Positions 28,550-41,719 of a stretch of DNA of 64,000 nt are shown here, piece by piece. The notes beneath the pieces were generated by a model, which did no database searches, was not told the origin of the DNA, and saw only the letters and a list, made by a program, of their open reading frames with translations. Position 1 is the stretch's first letter. Each line of letters begins with the position of its first letter. The DNA lies in the NCBI RefSeq assembly GCF_009914755.1, contig NC_060930.1; one strand, given 5' to 3'. This DNA comes from the human T2T-CHM13v2.0 reference genome, Homo sapiens. Position numbers and translations under genes: made by a program.

Positions 28550-29718
28550 TAAATATATGTGTATGTATTTTTTAGCTCTATTCACTGAAACGATCTAGAA
28601 ATGAGTATCTCTCAGAACCTGCATCGTTATCTTGAAATATGATTTCTTACTAAAACTAAACAGGACATCATTGAAAAATGACTGATCTCACATCCAGAGG
28701 AGAAAGTGAAACATCTCACAGTACCAGGTAGCAAGGAAGCTCTCAAAGCCTACTATAATCATATCAAAAAGAATCAGGAGCAAATTTGGAGAGGTGCCCA
28801 CTAAGCAAATATGGGACGATTTAAGATTTAATAGAAATAATAATTGCAACAAATTAAACTCCATTAAATATATTTAAATCCATGAGTGTATAATGATATT
28901 AAAAGAAAAAAAGAGTAAGTCATCTTTGCAGGATGATAGGGAACCAACTCATTTTAAACTAGTAAATATAGCAAAGATTGGAGCATGTATTTTCCCTTTC
29001 CTTAATGAATTGTGTTATTGGGTAACCAAATAGTAGATTAGGGGGAGTATGTATCTTTTCATCAACTAAACAAATACAAAAGAAATAAGACACACAAAAA
29101 AATGATAGAATATCACAGTTTTCTACCCCCAGGAATAAATATAGGCATTAATCATCAGAGACTGACAAGATCACAAAAAGAAAGATGACACATTTTGTTC
29201 CTCCTGTTATTATACCAAACACCACCTATGGTGTTGCCAAAGGATCAAACTTGACCCTGGATCTGGCTGCCAAGTTGCAGGAAATGGAGAGGAAAGAGGG
29301 ACATGTGGAACTGAAGAGGGCATTAGTATGCAATCAGCAAAATGTGGACAGGGGAAGCTAGAAGTCAAACATCCTAGGCTCAACAGATAAATTGCGAGGA
29401 AAGGAATAAAGGACAAACCTACAGATTAAAAGTGACTTAAAAAGATGTCTAATTTTAAAAACTGGTAAGACTATGGTGTCTAGGGATGCATATATAACTG
29501 CAAAAAAACTACAAGGGTTAAAATTCATGAGAGTGGTTATTTGTAGAGGCAGGGAGACAGCTCTGTTATGCCTGGCACAGAGCACATGGACGGCACCTCT
29601 GGGATGGCTGGCAAGCTCTCTTTCTTGTCCTGTGTGATGTTTACCCGATATTGAGTCACAATAGTTTTTATTTTTGTGTGGTATTCTATACCTACGTTTT
29701 ATTTTACAATAAAATAAT
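28550..29718 (+). mobile_element. L1MC4-like 3' end
   Basis: gtaccaggtagcaaggaagctctcaaag...atatgggacgatttaag...ending ttttattttacaataaaa. Confidence 0.65.
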
Positions 29719-32700
29719 TTTGTAAATTTTAGATCTTTCTAGCAGACTACTTTTCATAAAGAAGAAACCAGGCCTGCCAGTGATCCATGTTGTAATACTG
29801 ATCCCAGGAGCTCAATGGGAAAGTTACAAAGTGCTTGACGTGACACACCTAGAAACACACTGAAGGGGCAGCTCTGCAAACAGGAGAGCATATTGTTCTT
29901 GCACAGAAAGAGAAGTAAATTATTTCTAGATATCGATAAAAAGCAATCCTTGAACTTCCATGACTGCCAGGCTTGTATAGTCCTGTTCCAAGAATAGATA
30001 AGGAAGGTAAAGAATATTATACGCATTATTCATTTATGATCAGTTATGTAATCTGTAAACATTAAATTCAGAGTTTATAAATTATTAAAGAAGGAAAAGA
30101 AAGCTTTATATCTGCAAGGCATTGATCTCTTTACGGTAGGAAGCCACATAAAATCAACCAAAATGACTTCAGGAGTATTTAACAATTCTAAAAAGTAAAT
30201 ATGATTAAACTTTCTGATGCTCATCATTACATATCCAAAATGCCAGAAAGCAGAAGAAAAACCTTATAATCCATGATATGAGATCGGTGACTTTATCTCA
30301 AGACCTATAAGCAGAATTCTTTATATAAAGCTATGCAGAAAGAAGATAATGCTGTGAATTAGAATATACCAATGGCCCAATGAAAAGCAGGACTGCCGAG
30401 TGTTGGCTCTTAGCTACGAAAGAGAACACGGTCTCTTAAGTGGATCAGAATTAACTGTAAACCAGTGTATACATGGCAAAATCACTACTGCTTAGACAAA
30501 AGCAGAGAAAATTAGAATTAAATAGCAAGCTACTATTCATCTATCAGCTAAAGTTTAGAGCAGGTGACAAGAAACTAGGAAAGCACAAGGGACATGGTTT
30601 GCACTCCTCACACTCCTGTCTTGTGAGCCAGAAGTTACAGAAGCAGCCAAGGTTGAAGGCACCAACAGTTTTCCCATAGATTAATTCTCCTCAGTGACAC
30701 CTGGGCCACTCAGAGGTTTAAGTTGGCGACAAGCTTCAAATTGTCTTGGTAAACTTTTATTAAAGCTAGAAAGAGTCAAAAGGAATTGAAATGTCTCCTC
30801 ATTTTTCACTCCTACTGAGGAACACTTACATGAAATTATGAAGGTAGAAAGAGGTAAAAAGTAAAACAATGGTTCTAATAGACAAATGCGCTCCAAAACT
30901 AGAAATTGAAAAAACAAACTCATTGACTGTCTTTTAAAAATAAACTCTGAGAAAATGTACAAAGCTGTCTATATTACTTCACTCTCACATCTTCTCAAAT
31001 TCTATAAAATGGTGCAAACCAGGCCCAAAATCGTTTTGTTTCTTAATTTGTCCTCTCCTTTGCTACTCATGGATCTTCCAATGCCAATGGCGCTGTCCGG
31101 AATCAGGCCCTCATTCCCTGATGACTGTACTGAGAACAGAAGCCTCTTCCTCTTCCAGCAGTCTCCACCGTGGTCTAGTACCAACTTTTCCATAAATTCT
31201 ATTTACCTCCACTCCTCATGGTGAACCTTCCACTTCAGTAAGATCCTTCTCCTTCGGTTCCTATCCCACGTCCCCACACATACACACGACGTGCTTTCTG
31301 CCTTCTGAATCTGCAGTAGTAACCATGCCCACTTTTGCTTATTCAAGTACTATGTACACTTCAAGGTTTCAATCAAGTCTTCTCTAATGATTTCACCAAA
31401 TACTCCAGTCCGCGTTGCTCACGCTTATCTCTGAAACAGTACAGTCCTTAGACTCTATACAGACTTCCCATACACAGTTATAGAATCACATGTCAGGGCA
31501 AAAAGTATCTTAAAAAGTAGTTAACCTCAGGCTCAAATGTCTTCTACATCTCTAGCATATGCTTACCCAGATTATGCTTGGATACTTGGACTAATTGTAA
31601 TTTTACTACCTCCTGGAGCAGCTCATTGTAGTTTTCAACAGCCCTACAATTACAAAGTTCTCCCTTATAATCAGCTTATAGCTCTCACCATAAGCTTCAA
31701 ATCATGTCATTATTATACTTTAGGATCTATAAGGAGGAAATTAAATCCATTTGTATATTCCTTACATTACAAGGTAGTAAATAAGTCACTTACCTAATCT
31801 TCTACAAATCTCAAGATATATTTGTGCCATGTGCCTTTAGCAATTCTGACATCATTGTTCAAGTTTACTCACTGTTTTGGTACTTATATGCTACTGTTTG
31901 TTATTTTAATATTTCAGAAGTGTGTCAGCCATTCTTAAAGTCTTTTACCTAGAAAATGTCAGAACTTTGACCACGTCCAGACATTAGAGCAACTTTTATT
32001 ATATTGCATTGCATTGTTTTTTCTTTATGCATGTTACCTAGCGTGAGCTGATCACATATTATGTATTTAATCAAGTTGACTTTAAAAACCTCCTCTCAAA
32101 ATAGTTTCCAAAGAATTGCCTACTGTAAACTGCAGTTCCTAAGCATGCAGTAATTTCTTCAGGAAGCTTACCTTCATTATAATAAGTGGAAAATTATCTT
32201 TTTTTTCCTAAAATAAATAGTGTCAGGATAGTAAAATCTCTTGCAGAAATTAAATATGCTGCAAACATCTGGGCTTGCCAAATGGCAATATAAATAAGCA
32301 TAGAAAAATGCTATAGCATGGGGTCATCAGAAAGAGCACTGTGAGCCGTAACTACTAGGCCTCTGAAATGGTGTAGTGCTATGTTTTCATCAGCTAAAAT
32401 TTTTGTGCTTCCCAATTAACTCAATTGTTTAGAAATCATGCTTTAGATTCCCACTACCATGTGGTGATGTTTGCATGGAGTACAGGAACAAGGCTTTGGA
32501 ATTTGCCTGGACAGGTAACGCACTATGTGGTCAGAAGTTTTAGACCAACCGCTTTCACTGCCCCTTCACTGAGAACGGTTGGTACAGTAGGGGGTCAGCC
32601 TCGCTCTGGTTGTTTTTGAGAGCAATTTGCATCTCATTTTACTGATTTCACTCTCCAATTAGTACTCTCAAGCCATTGCTTAAATTATGTGTTGCTCCAT

Positions 32701-33459
32701 AAGGAATGACATTTCCTTTGGCTGAGCAACTAGCTGTATCACACTATTCTAGCAATGATGAGCCTCACCAAGGGCGAAGCGGTGGCTGACTCTCCTGTTT
32801 TGGCAGGCCCACGGAGGAGGCACAGTGCCAGCACCTGCGGCGATTACTGACAGATTGGCCCAATTGCCACAGTTTTGATGACAATCTGCATAGGATTACC
32901 AGTCACACATTAAACAGCCTCATTTCAATTCACCAAAACAAATGGTGCCACCAAATCTACCCACACAATTCCCTACTTTCAATAACTCCACTGTTGAATT
33001 TCTCTGCCCAATTCAATGATGCAGGCCTGCCAAGCGCTGTAATGATGGATGGAGTCATTAGTATTTTAGTTTCTACACCGAACTTGAAGCCAAAGCATAT
33101 GGTCTGACAGATGTTGCAGCAATAGGCTCTATTTGATTTACCCTGTAGGTGTCCACTTATACTGGACCTTCATAATAGAATACTAATGCATAACTTTCAG
33201 TCCAACCCCAGTTACAACCCTTTCATATCCTCAAGTTATAAGGTGTTCTTAAAGCAGAAACTCAGAACATGTTTATTTCAAGTTAGGCTAATGATTACAA
33301 ATTACCTTTGAATGTAATCAAATCACTTGAAATGGACAAGATGGATAAAAACGCAAGTAATGCCTGTAGGCTATTACCATCTATGGCTTGATTAGCACTG
33401 CCAGTAAGTTCGTTATTTGATAAAATGTGTCACTTACTCATTTTTTCCTCATTTGTGTC

Positions 33460-33985
33460 TTATTCAGGTAAACATAATTAGTAAATTGGACAGATCTTAA
33501 TCTTTGACAAATGTCTGTACACTCATAGATCAAGACCCCAGTCAATATATATGACATTAACATTACCCTAGAGAATTTCCCCCTGCCCACATCCAATTAA
33601 TCCTTATTCCCCACAGGCAACAAGTGTTCTGATTTCTATCACCATAGGTTAGTTTTGTTTCTTATGAAACTTAATGTAAATGAAATTATAAAGGATATGA
33701 CCTTTTTGTGTCTGTCCTCTTTCCAAAACCTAATGTTGCTGAGATCCATTCACGCTGTTGCATTATCAGCAGTTCATTCTTTTATTGCTAAGCAGTATTC
33801 CATTGTTTGAATGAGCCACAAATTGTCTATCTATTATCCTGTTCATGGACATGTAGGTTTTTTCTAATTATCAGTTATTATGAATAAAGCTGTTATAGGC
33901 ATTCTTGTACAAGTCTTTTTGTGGGCACATGTCTTAATTTCTCTTGGGCAAATACTTAGGAATGGAACTGCTACACCATATGTTC
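33460..33985 (-). mobile_element. L1M (ME/MB-like) 3' fragment
   Basis: gagatccattcacgctgttgca...gtattccattgtttgaatg...tgaataaagctgttataggcattcttgtacaagtc. Confidence 0.72.
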
Positions 33986-34029
33986 ATTTTTTGCTTATAT
34001 ATTCACTTTTTCCTGCAATCACTTTATCC

Positions 34030-34295
34030 AGTGTTCATAAGAGTTACAATCTAGTGTTCAGTAGCACCATAGGGTGACTATAGTTAACAATTTATTGTAT
34101 ATTTCAAAATAACTTAAAAAGTGGAATTGGAATGTCCTTAACACAAAGAAATAATAAATACTCAAGGTTACGGATACATCAATTACCCTAATTGGATCAT
34201 TACACATTATATGCTTGTTCCAAAAATATCACATGTACCCCATAAATATGTACAAGTAGTATGTATTGATAATAATTTGATATTAAAAAATAAAA
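34030..34295 (+). mobile_element. L1MA 3' end fragment
   Basis: gggtgactatagttaacaatttattgtatatttcaaaataac...cacatgtaccccataaatatgtacaa. Confidence 0.8.
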
Positions 34296-34648
34296 ATAAT
34301 TCAAGAATATTAAAAACATGCAAATATTGAAATATTTGAATATTTTTTAAAAGTTTTGAATTTTAAATATTTTCAATAATACTGAAAATAAATAATTCAA
34401 AAAATTCAAAATTTAAAAATAACCAACATTTCTAACCTATAAAAGTGTACAATCTAATTTTTATTTTTCCTGTAAGAAAATTATTTGACACTTCTCAAGA
34501 ATATAACCAAATGCTTTTTATTATTTCATTTCAGTATAAATTATATGTTATAATTTCACTTTTGATCTTATTTCCCATAAGTAGAGCTTTATCATAGCTT
34601 CAAGTTATGAATCACAAATTCCGTATCATTGAACGTTCCTCAGGAATA

Positions 34649-35272
34649 CAGACATCCTTCCTTATCCAAGGTCGCACTTTGGGCAGTTGCAGTTACCTTC
34701 TGTCAATCACAGTCTGAAAATCTTAAATGAAAAATTTCAGAAATAAACCATTCATAGGTTTTAAATTGCACTCCACTCTGAGTAGCGTGATGAAATCTTG
34801 TGCCATCCCTCACTTGTTAGTCATCGACATTGTGTGTTTCTGACATCCCAACCATCAAAATCGTCATGGCTCAATGATCTAGGATAGCCCCAAGCAGATG
34901 AACCTCCTTCTGACATATTGTCAGAAGGACAATAGTAGCCTAATGCTACATCACACTGCCTATGTCATTCACCTCACTTATTCTCATTATGAGTTATTTT
35001 ATCATTTCACTTCATCCTAAGGAGGGTGAGTAAAGTACAAAGATATGCTACAAGAGCTCACATTCATATAACTTTTATTACAGTATATTGTTATAATTGC
35101 TCTATTTTATTATTGTTAATCTCTTACTGTGTCTAATTTATTAATTAAACTTGATCATAGGTATGTATATATAGGAAAAAAACAGTATATGTGGGGTTTG
35201 GTACTATGTGTGGTTTCAGGCATCCACTGGGCTTTTTGGAATGTATCCCCCAAGGATAGGAGAACACTACTA
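34649..35272. mobile_element. MER44 (Tigger7-derived, TcMar) element
   Basis: cttatcc...gtctgaaaatcttaaatg...ctgagtagcgtgatgaaatc...ggtttcaggcatccactggg...ggatagg. Confidence 0.78.
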
Positions 35273-35415
35273 CAAAATTAAAATGGCTTAGTTCTAAAAC
35301 TTAGAAGATTTAAAAAATGTCTGTTCATGTGGAAAAAATTTACAAATCATTAACCAAAAAATGCGTTTATATCCAGAATACATGCTACTTCACTGAGCTC
35401 TCAATTGAAAAATAA

Positions 35416-35763
<348 letters not shown>

Positions 35764-36674
35764 CTAAATTTCTTTTAGTGCATAAATGTACCGCATAACA
35801 TATTTTTAAAAACTACTTTCCAGAAAACCTCATGATTTCACCATATTTTTAGTCTACTGACACTCAGGCTTATAAAAACATTCGATGTTGTTTTATGTAT
35901 CATTAGTTCATTTAGCATGTACAAGAAGGTAGATCTACTTCAAATACTCTACAATTATATAATCCAATTCTTACAAGAAAGAACATTCCCTATAGATACT
36001 TTCAGAACTACCATGATATGCATTATGAAATTATCCTAGATTAACTCAGGCAATTCATTGTTTGTGTTTTTCCCTGCATTTTTCAATTTACTCAATTTGT
36101 ATATTATTTTAGACAACAAAAACGACTGATATATTAATTATAACCTAGAAAGAATACAGAAGTGAGAGAAATTTTTCAGTTTTTCCATAACAAATTATTT
36201 AAAATATCAAATATGATCAAGCATTGTGTTCTGTACACCTTTCACAGAGTTATAGTATATCATTTTTCCTTTGAAATAGAAAATTGGCTGTTTTTCTAGT
36301 CTTTGTTACTTTAGCCCATATTTAGACAACATTTTGCCAATTGAAGCTCAATACTACATAATGTAAGTTATTTGGAGGACATATAAAGTTGATTGCCATT
36401 TGGTATTTTACCTGACCATGGCAGGTATAACAACTGTTGTATTATTCCATTACCTCTGTGGATAGACTGCAGTGACCTTTCATTGAGTGCTTCAAGTACA
36501 TTCATTCTCAGTACTAGCAGCAGATATTTTGAGCATTTGTTCTCACAATGATACTTAAAGGTACCATTTTTCCCCATGCAAAACGAATTACAAGACTTTT
36601 TCATCTTCCACACAAAAAGGTTATCAAGGCCATGTTTCAAGCCACCAAAAATAACGTAAAGACCTAGTTTAGCA

Positions 36675-36860
36675 TCTTACAGCTGGAAGGGATTTTAGTG
36701 TCTATTCAGAATCTCCTTTTATAAATAAGCAAATTGAGGCCCAGAACACATAAATGAAATCTCTAAGGCCACTGCAATTAACTGGGTTAAAAGGTTTAGG
36801 AGGGTTAGAGTAAAAGTTAGAATTCAGAACTGAGCTTCTTGAACTCTAGGCTGTTATTCT
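36675..36860 (-). mobile_element. MIR fragment
   Basis: ttttataaataagcaaattgaggcccaga core. Confidence 0.55.
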
Positions 36861-39034
36861 ACGTGAAATGAAAATAATCTGACATCTGTTTGCATGAGTT
36901 AGCTGGTAGATTCACTTTGGAACCAGAATTCTTCCTGCTTTATTATGTTTTTTTTTACTTTTGGCAAAAGTTGAGCAAGTTTTTTAAGTCACTGCCACCT
37001 TCTAATTGATTGATATATAGATAATGATCAATCTTATCTGGTTCATTTTTAAATAATTTCATAATAAAAGTTTTTATTTTAATTTGAAAACACCCTTAGT
37101 AATTAATAGATTTCAATATTTCTTGTAGATGGGGAAGACTGATGTAAGTGAATAAGTTAAGGTAATTGATGTGGTGTTATTGAAAAAGGTAAAATAGCTT
37201 TTGAATAAATTAAGGTGAATATGCACACTACTGAAGAATGAGGCAATGTCCATGTCAAAGTGGAAGAGAAATACATAAATTCACCATTCTGTAGCAAACG
37301 CCAAAAAAAAAAAAAAAAAGAAAAGAAAAAAAAAAGAGGTGAGGTAGGGGAGAAAGCAACATAGAAGTTTCATAGAATATTTTACCTCTCATCTTTGCTA
37401 CAAAAATGGCAGGAGGAACATTTTTTAAAACCATCATGAAATGGACTATCTACAAAATAGAAAGCAAACAAAAAAAAAAAATGAGCAGTATTGGGACTAC
37501 CACCCACTCAGACCAGCAGGGTCCAGAAAGTCTTTGTTGCCACAAGGCAGCTGGTGACTGAGGATACAAAACCCTTTTTATTTCAATGTCACATTAAATC
37601 CTGAGGCATAAAACCAAGGGCAGACCTACAGAGCCTCTAGATCTCCAAGAAAAGACTATATAGCTCACAACTAAAGCCAAATGCCAGCTAATGTTCCCAT
37701 CTAAATGAAAAAATCACTAGCAAAACGATTAGAACATATATCTAAAATCATTTTTAAACTATTATTTAGGCATAGGAAGAGAAATAAGAAAACTGACTTG
37801 ACATTTATTTGATAAAACAGGTTGCACATTATACAACATGCTTTCCAGGAAAAATTATCCTATTTTTCAATCTCTGTAGGAGAAATTACCATAATCACAG
37901 AAAAAAGGGACCCTCATCTCCTTTTCATATTTGGACACAAAATATGGTATCCTGACACTTGAAAATCAAATAAGCTATAAAAGTAGTAATAATTAGATTA
38001 ATATGAAGTACACCTGTTGTAACCTCCAATTGGAATGCTGGAAGAACTTGATGAAATAACACAAATATAACACCCAGCATATCAGTCATTATACAAGGTA
38101 TTATTTCAATATTCATTTATTATAACCTTTATTACAACCACCTGCAAACTAATAGTTATCCCCAACACTACTTTCACCTATCTAAAGGATGTAGTAAAAA
38201 AAAAATCATGATGCCTATGTTGAAGAAATTAAACTCATCTTGTTTTTTTTTTTTTTTTTTTGGTCTCTATTGGCATTCTCATGAATTTAAAATTCACAAC
38301 TTATTAAATCTCTTTCCTCATTCTGATGCAGAGAACCTAAAAAATAATAATAGAGGTGCTCAGAGAATATTATTACTTACACATCATCTAGCTTCAAATA
38401 CTTCGCTCAATAGCCATCTGTTTTAGGTCCAGCTTCCTGGCTTTAGAGCTGCTCTCAGCTCCTCCCAGCCCCTAGCACCCTAGCACTGACAGATAGACTT
38501 TCTATAAATTCTCTGAAGGCAAGGCATATTTCTTAGTCTATAGTTTTATCTCAGATTCTTTTAAATCTGTTTATATGCACCATTTACAGTTCCCCAACAT
38601 GTATGTTAAATCATAATTAAATACAAATGTATTAAGGAAGTAATATGTGAAAGGCAAATGTCTTCACCTCAGATCTGTGATTAACCCTCAAACTCAAAAA
38701 TTTAATTGGCTCTCTTCCAATTCATACTTCCTGAAATATTCCCAAGGGTTTCTTAAAATACTTTAAAGAATTTATCAGAGTATGACAGCTCCTACTTAAC
38801 TCTTGTAAATTCAGTTTTAAAAATATTATTAAATAAGAAAAAATATCATTCTTATTCATATTTCAAATGGATCTACAGAATTTTTTGCAGTTTGAATATA
38901 ACAGAGAGAATTGTGTTTCACCAGATCCTAACAAAAATACTTATTAATTATTTGCTCATGTGTTTTATTTCAGAAAAGGAAATCTCTAACATGAATCTGT
39001 AATTAAACTCACGCAGACAGCCTGTCCCACTACA

Positions 39035-39064
39035 TGCGTGTGCACACGCACACACACACACACT
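39035..39064 (+). repeat. (CA)n microsatellite about 90 nt downstream of exon 5 donor ((UG)n in pre-mRNA)
   Basis: gcacacgcacacacacacacac. Confidence 0.8.
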
Positions 39065-39151
39065 CAAAAGGATGAGACAACAAACAGTCCTGTTGCAATG
39101 TTTTTAAAACATAAAGTATACTCTTTAGCTCAGCTGCCAACTTGGCCTTAC

Positions 39152-39267
39152 CTGGAGCCATAACTTGTTATGCACAGCATCTCTCCCTGTGGCAATGCAC
39201 TGAAATGTAGCGTTTTGCCCTGCATTCACCTCTACATCCCCTAGACGGAGGAAATGAGGAGATTTAT
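39152..39267 (-). CDS. PTPRK: PTPRK coding exon (exon 5), first half of Ig domain, 116 nt, phase 1 to 0
   Basis: tttttttcccttccttcacag|ATAAATCT...TGGCTCCAG|gtaagg; translates (D)[38 protein letters not shown] with Ig B-strand Cys and C-strand Trp. Confidence 0.97.
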
Positions 39268-40392
39268 CTGTGAAGGAAGGGAAAAAAAAATGTATTTGTT
39301 TTCACATGAAGAAAATATGCCATGTTACTTTTCTCCAGCTGAATATTATCATTAGTGTTTTTACCTTTGGCCAAGACTAACATCAGAAAGAAGAAAACTG
39401 AGGGGCTTTTTTTGTGCCGGAAGACACCATTTCCTCTGTGACTCTCATAGTTCTCTTTTTCTCAATAGCTCTATTACTTACTGTTCCATAATTGCTGGAG
39501 TATTGTTCTCTACAGAGTGAGCACTCAACAATTGCTGCTGAACTGCTGCCATAGCATGTTGTATATGGATGATAATAAAACAGTTACAAACTTACAAGTC
39601 AAAGCAACCAAAAGAGATTAAATTGACATGAAATCAGAACCTAATATAAAGATATAATGAAAACATATAATGATTTCTAAACTACTGGCAGTGACACGGC
39701 CATTGAACTTATTAGGCTACATTTTAAGCAGTTAGATCTTTTTTTAAAAAAAACATCAATAGTTATAACCCTCTACAGCACTTCAAAGAACAAGGGAATA
39801 TTTTTGCTTCTCAGAAAAAGAACACCAGCTAAACTGGTAAACTTTTTTTCTATTCCATTATAACCATAGTATAGTAATCCAAAATAAATACCCATATTAG
39901 ACTAACAAAAATAATGACTGCAGTCAAAATATAAGTAAGATTTATGACTGACAAGTATCCTCTGAAACTACCTTTTAAAACTGAAGCCTCATCCATGTTT
40001 CCCATTGAAAGGAAATTTATATAAACAGCAAAAGCTAAGGCTCATGAGTAAAAAGAAAAGTTCATGGAGGGCCGTATCACCCTAAAACTGCTGTTGTGCT
40101 CAATCCACCATTTTCTGTGCACTTATGAAAGCCTTTCCTTAACACCTATCATTCAAGAAGTGAAAAATAAACAGTAGATAAAAACACAGCTCTCTTAAAC
40201 TACAGATTGAAAGAACTTAGTAAGGCAGCTTGAACTTTAAATGAGATGATTTTGTTCTCTCTTTTCTTAGAATTTACCAACCACCACGTGGTATATATAA
40301 TCTGACCCTTACTGGCTACATCTTTCTCTAGTGACTTACCTCTCAGGAAGAGATTTAAAATAAGGAATTCTTGAGTTAGAACATGAACTAAA

Positions 40393-40572
40393 GCAGCAGT
40401 TCTCAATTTACGAACTCTAGACCAGCAACATCAGCTGCACTGGAATCAGAAATGCAAATTGTCAGGCCCCACCCCAGACCTATTCAATCAGAACCAGGGG
40501 AAGAGCCAAGCAATCTGTGATTTACCACAGCTGTAGGTGATTCCGAAGCACACTAGAGTTTGACAACCACTC
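40393..40572. mobile_element. MER5A
   Basis: cagcagttctcaa...agaaatgcaaattgtcaggccccaccccagacc...gtttgacaaccact. Confidence 0.8.
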
Positions 40573-40884
40573 AGCAGGAGCACAGGTCTTGGCCCTCACA
40601 AGAGGCCCCAGCCTGCTGCTTACAATGTGTTATAGATGCTTCTCAGGGAGGATTGCTGAACAGATAACCCAGAATTCACGGGCCCTATAAAATGCTGCTT
40701 TTGGGAAATATAGGCAAAGTCTGAATTTATGCCAGCTGTTTTTTGCCTGGCTCTACTGAATGCATGCAGTAATTGTTTTTCATGGACTGTGATGTAAACA
40801 CAAATTTAGGTACACCATCTGAAAACCAATCAATGTGCCTCTAAGGGCATAACAAAACTGTGTATTAATAAACCGAGTTTCTTG

Positions 40885-41145
<261 letters not shown>

Positions 41146-41637
41146 GTTAGCCAGACATTTATTATGACAGAGGAGAAAAAAAGTAGTCCTAAATTTGGAA
41201 TAAGGTGAACTAATTATTTCTCTTCATTTCACCCCAGCCCTCAACTCAGATCAAATAACTTCATGAGGCTTCTTTATATTTTCCTTTCTGTTGAACTCTG
41301 ATTTGCTATTCTTCTCTGTTTTTCTAGACAATTTAATGATGCCAAAAAAATGAACAAGTCCTACTAACAGCTGCCTTTGCATGTATATTTTGTTCTCAGT
41401 AATGAAATAATTTAAAAGAATCTCCTAATAGGTATACAATTAGTTACAAGTTTGAAAAATATTTGATTCAAAAACTCTAGAAAGATATCAGTTTCCTTTT
41501 AAAACTCAATAGAAGGCTAGGACTAACAATAACAAGAGAGACAGCAAAAACCAAGTGATAAACAATCAATAGTCACTGCCAATATAAGGCAAGTGTGGAA
41601 AGGACATAGAAAAATACAATTCTTAATCACAACCTAC

Positions 41638-41719
41638 CACAAGGATAACTCAGTACTTGGATGTCATCAATGGCAATATAACCACTTCTCCCTCCTGAGA
41701 CTTCAGCTTCAAATATTAC
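41638..41719 (-). CDS. PTPRK: PTPRK coding exon (exon 4), C-terminal end of MAM domain, 82 nt, phase 0 to 1
   Basis: ttttctgtttctttttgacag|GTAATATTTGAA...TATCCTTGTG|gtaggt; translates VIFEAEVSGGRSGYIAIDDIQVLSYPC+G, including the MAM motif IAIDDI. Confidence 0.96.

Noticed and set aside
31794-31948. Possible 155-nt cryptic exon (ttttctag|GTAAAAG ... TAG|gtaagt)
   Set aside because: Very short pyrimidine tract and out of frame; indistinguishable from chance splice-site pairs
34906-34928. Palindrome ccttctgaca-tat-tgtcagaagg
   Set aside because: Lies within MER44 and appears to be part of the element
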